64,000 nt of DNA, taken from Marsupella aquatica (taxonomy: Eukaryota; Plantae; Marchantiophyta). Shown here piece after piece: positions 61,085 to 64,000 of this stretch (position 1 is the stretch's first letter; every line of letters starts with the position of its first letter). The position numbers were made by a program, and so were the translations under genes. The DNA is taken from the NCBI GenBank assembly GCA_973895155.1, contig OZ316897.1:13825375-13889374 (forward strand), given 5' to 3'. The notes under the pieces are model-generated. The model saw only the letters and a program-made list of their open reading frames with translations, did no database searches and was not told the origin of the DNA.

Positions 61085-61592
61085 TTGCCTCACCTTGACG
61101 TCATTTCTTGCTTTGACATATTTTTCTAGTCATTACATATATCTCTCTCCTCAACATCTTTATCTTGCCTTGACATCTTTTTCTTACATTTACGTCTTTA
61201 TTCCACAAATCATGATAGTTTTTTCTCACCCTCAACATATTTCCTCTCCTGGGTGTCTTTTGGAGCCTCGAGATCCTTTTTCACCTAGCTTGACATCTCT
61301 TCCTCCCCTCAATTCAACATCTTTTCTCACCTTGACATCTTATTTTTTTCTATCTCGCTGTCTTTTTTTCACCTTGACATCTTATTTTTTTCTATCTTGC
61401 TGTCTTTTTTTCACCTTGACATCTTACCTCAATCACGACATTTTTCCCTCATCCTCGACCTTTTTGCTCTCCTCAACATCATCTTTACATATTTTTCTCA
61501 CCTTGACATGTTCTTCTCTCATGGACATGTTGTTTCATCTTGATCAACATCTTTTCTTCACATCAGCATCTTTTCTCACCTCAACATATTTT
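61085..61592. repeat. Degenerate pyrimidine-rich minisatellite (core TCACCTTGACATCT / CCTCAACATCT), more than 15 units
   Basis: The core recurs every ~20-40 bp, with a near-exact 42-bp duplication at 61326-61425. Confidence 0.8.
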
Positions 61593-64000
61593 GTGCAGTG
61601 CAGAGGCATCAAGCTAGTAGGATATAAAATTACAAGACAAAGATATATATTAATCCTTACTTCATACCTTTCACAATGTGAAATAGGTCATCTCACCTAT
61701 TTTATGGTTTGACAAATATGAGTATGAACACATATCACTGAACATTGGCCAAAAACCATGAAACCTCAGAAAGTTTGTTGCATTTCTTAGTGCATCCATG
61801 TCTTGGAAATCAGGTTCCATGGGTTGGTTTTTGGCCAATGCCTTTTATCACCTTTAATATTGTTTCTAAGGAAAGAAACTCTCTTGATATAAGCTCTAGT
61901 CTCTAGATGAATTATTGAGTCAGGCATTGTTTTAAATGAGTTAGATAATCCCATGACTCCATTAACCTGGACTTTGTTTGGCAACAAGAAAACATCACAT
62001 AGTAGTTATATATTGTCACATCAACTAGTTACTACCACCTCAAAAAACATATTTGCACTCCTGTCTTTCAAGTATGTCGCCTCTGTGTGTGTGTCGTGGC
62101 ATGCCGAGACATATGTCTAGTGTGACCAGCATGCCACTTCCTGTGGCTCCTGCAGGAGGCCAGAACACCAACCTATGGCCACTTCCTGCTGCCCACGCCT
62201 GTTGGCCTCCCTCCTCCTTGATTCTATACAACAGTGGAGGGTGGGCACATTTGGGCAGGCCTGGAGGAGGGAGGGAGGGAGGGAGGGAGCCTTGGGGCCA
62301 AGATGGGGGGATAGAGGAGTGGAAACATGGGAGGGAAAGAAGGGAACAGGGGAGGGGAAAATTAGAGAAAAAGAGGCACATAGGGGAAAGGATAGAATGA
62401 GGAAATCATTGTTTTGTTCTCAGCACCCTCAGCTGTACAGAAATACACAATCCGAAGGAGATCACTTTTGCAAGAACAGCAGAGATCACTTTGACAAGAA
62501 CAGCACCGATCAAAATTATGACAATTTTGCATCAACAACATCCCAATGGAAACTACGACCGCATTGAAGAACTGATGGAATGGAAACAGTTCTGCAATAC
62601 ACACGGGCCAAAATGACAAATGGGCTTCCAAGAGCAAGACCCAATTGCAGTGACAACCAAGATAATTGTGCAACGCACAGCCATTTGGGGATGCAATGGC
62701 CTATAACTGTGTGTATGTTCCTCTATGGTTTTGCATGTCCATTTGGGTACAAGATTAAATGTTTGTGTCTTTGCTTTTCATCAATTATTAATCATTAACA
62801 ATTTTGGTATCTGTCCATCAAAGCTTACCATGTCTACCTTGGCCAATGTTTGTGCAATGGCCAAATTCACAGCATCCATCCCCACTGAAACTAGTAGCCA
62901 CTTTCAGCAAAAAAATCACTACCATTTTACCGTCAATAGGCAATGATCATCTTTCAATCTAAGAAAATTAGGAATATGGAGTCACAAAAAGAAAAATCCA
63001 TGAAAAATTAAACCAATTTCAGATCACAAAGCAAAAACCCTCAAAATGAAGGCCATTGTGACATCAAGTTAAAAATTTGCGTCCTATCCTAGATTTTCAG
63101 CCTTAACATCTTCTCCTCCACAAATGCCGCATCAAAGAAAGAAAACCTTTAAACTGAGCTTATAATTATTGGTGTCAAGTGAAATGTTTTGTGTCCCATC
63201 CCAAAACAATGCTCCCATGGACAATAGAAAGAAACTATACAATCCTCATGGAATAATTAGGAATATTCATTGTGACATTGTGAGTTAAAGGGTCCATATG
63301 ACTTGCAAAAATATATGGGAGCATTTGGACAAGCTTAGAAGTCTATGTGGGTTTCGTTTTTCAGCCCATCCGAGTCTCCACTTCTTTATTTTATTTCTAT
63401 TCATTTGTCACTAACAAAAAAAATGTGATGTCAATGCCATCACTTTTGCGATACCGTACCTATTTACCTAAGTACCCCTTCAACGAAAGTCAGGTTTGGT
63501 CGCCGGAGGGGAGACAAAACCGCCCTGACGACCTGTGCGCTAAGTTTACTCACCAGTAAGTTACCCCTCGCTTTTTTACTCATCTTTCCAGGGTCCCACC
63601 TCCCTCACGGAAAGAAAGAGGGAGGGCGCCACGTACGCACTCCGATAGGGTTTGATGAAAGTCCCCCATCACCGGAATCGACCGAAGGTTTGCTTTTCTG
63701 TACGGTCGTCCCCAATAGGTACAAAAGATTTAATGACACATTCACTGAATCCGAAACCGTACGACAACAGGAAACAGTGTCGCATTCGCTCATCGAGGTG
63801 CGGATAAACCTGTCAGACTGCCGAAATTGTCAATACTCTCATCAATGGGCCTGCCCCTGCCCCTGCCCGGGCTTCAGAAACTTACTTTCGGGCAGGGAAC
63901 GGCGCAGAAAACAAGTGAGTGGTAAATAAATTGACTGAGCAGGACGGAAAGGTGAATGAATGCCCGAGTCCGTCCGTCTCGGGTTCGGACAGCGGGCACG

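Noticed and set aside
60855-61712. 285-aa ORF
   Set aside because: It has a TTG start and L/F/S/T-rich low complexity that arises from the pyrimidine-rich minisatellite, with no recognisable domain.
62040-62567. Overlapping ORFs of 113-130 aa
   Set aside because: They derive from a GGGA-rich low-complexity tract, with no domain or splice support.

Overview
Eukaryotic nuclear DNA from a land plant. Short GT-AG introns, telo-boxes, about one gene per 10 kb and divergent orthologues suggest a non-seed plant such as a bryophyte, but that assignment is inference. Well-supported genes: DPH7-type WD40 diphthamide-synthesis gene (+, 5575-6864, single coding exon); 8-exon phytochelatin synthase (+, 16010-19348); multi-exon CDC27/APC3 (-, 27618-20417) with one GC-AG intron; a large basic protein with a C-terminal SANT/Myb domain (-, 42835-39712); an ALOG (LSH/G1) transcription factor (-, 52157-51045). 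A small 3-exon Myb/SANT-like (trihelix-type) gene at 10072-11048 is less certain. The intergenic DNA holds MITEs (one clear Tourist/Harbinger-type with a TTA target-site duplication), a tRNA-derived SINE, a LINE relic, hairpins and tandem repeats. The most unusual structures are: (1) an inverted, patchwork copy of the DPH7 5' end fused to a SINE, 3.3 kb upstream of the gene; (2) two decayed coding relics that tentatively resemble a KDZ/Zisupton transposase and a SAMD9-like TPR-OB protein; (3) a cluster of near-perfect hairpins at 44.7-45.1 kb; (4) CpG-rich islands around the ALOG gene and the 32-38 kb relic. I found no CRISPR array, rRNA or intact tRNA, and no clearly demonstrated new multi-gene system. 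All identifications come from reading the sequence by eye, without database searches.
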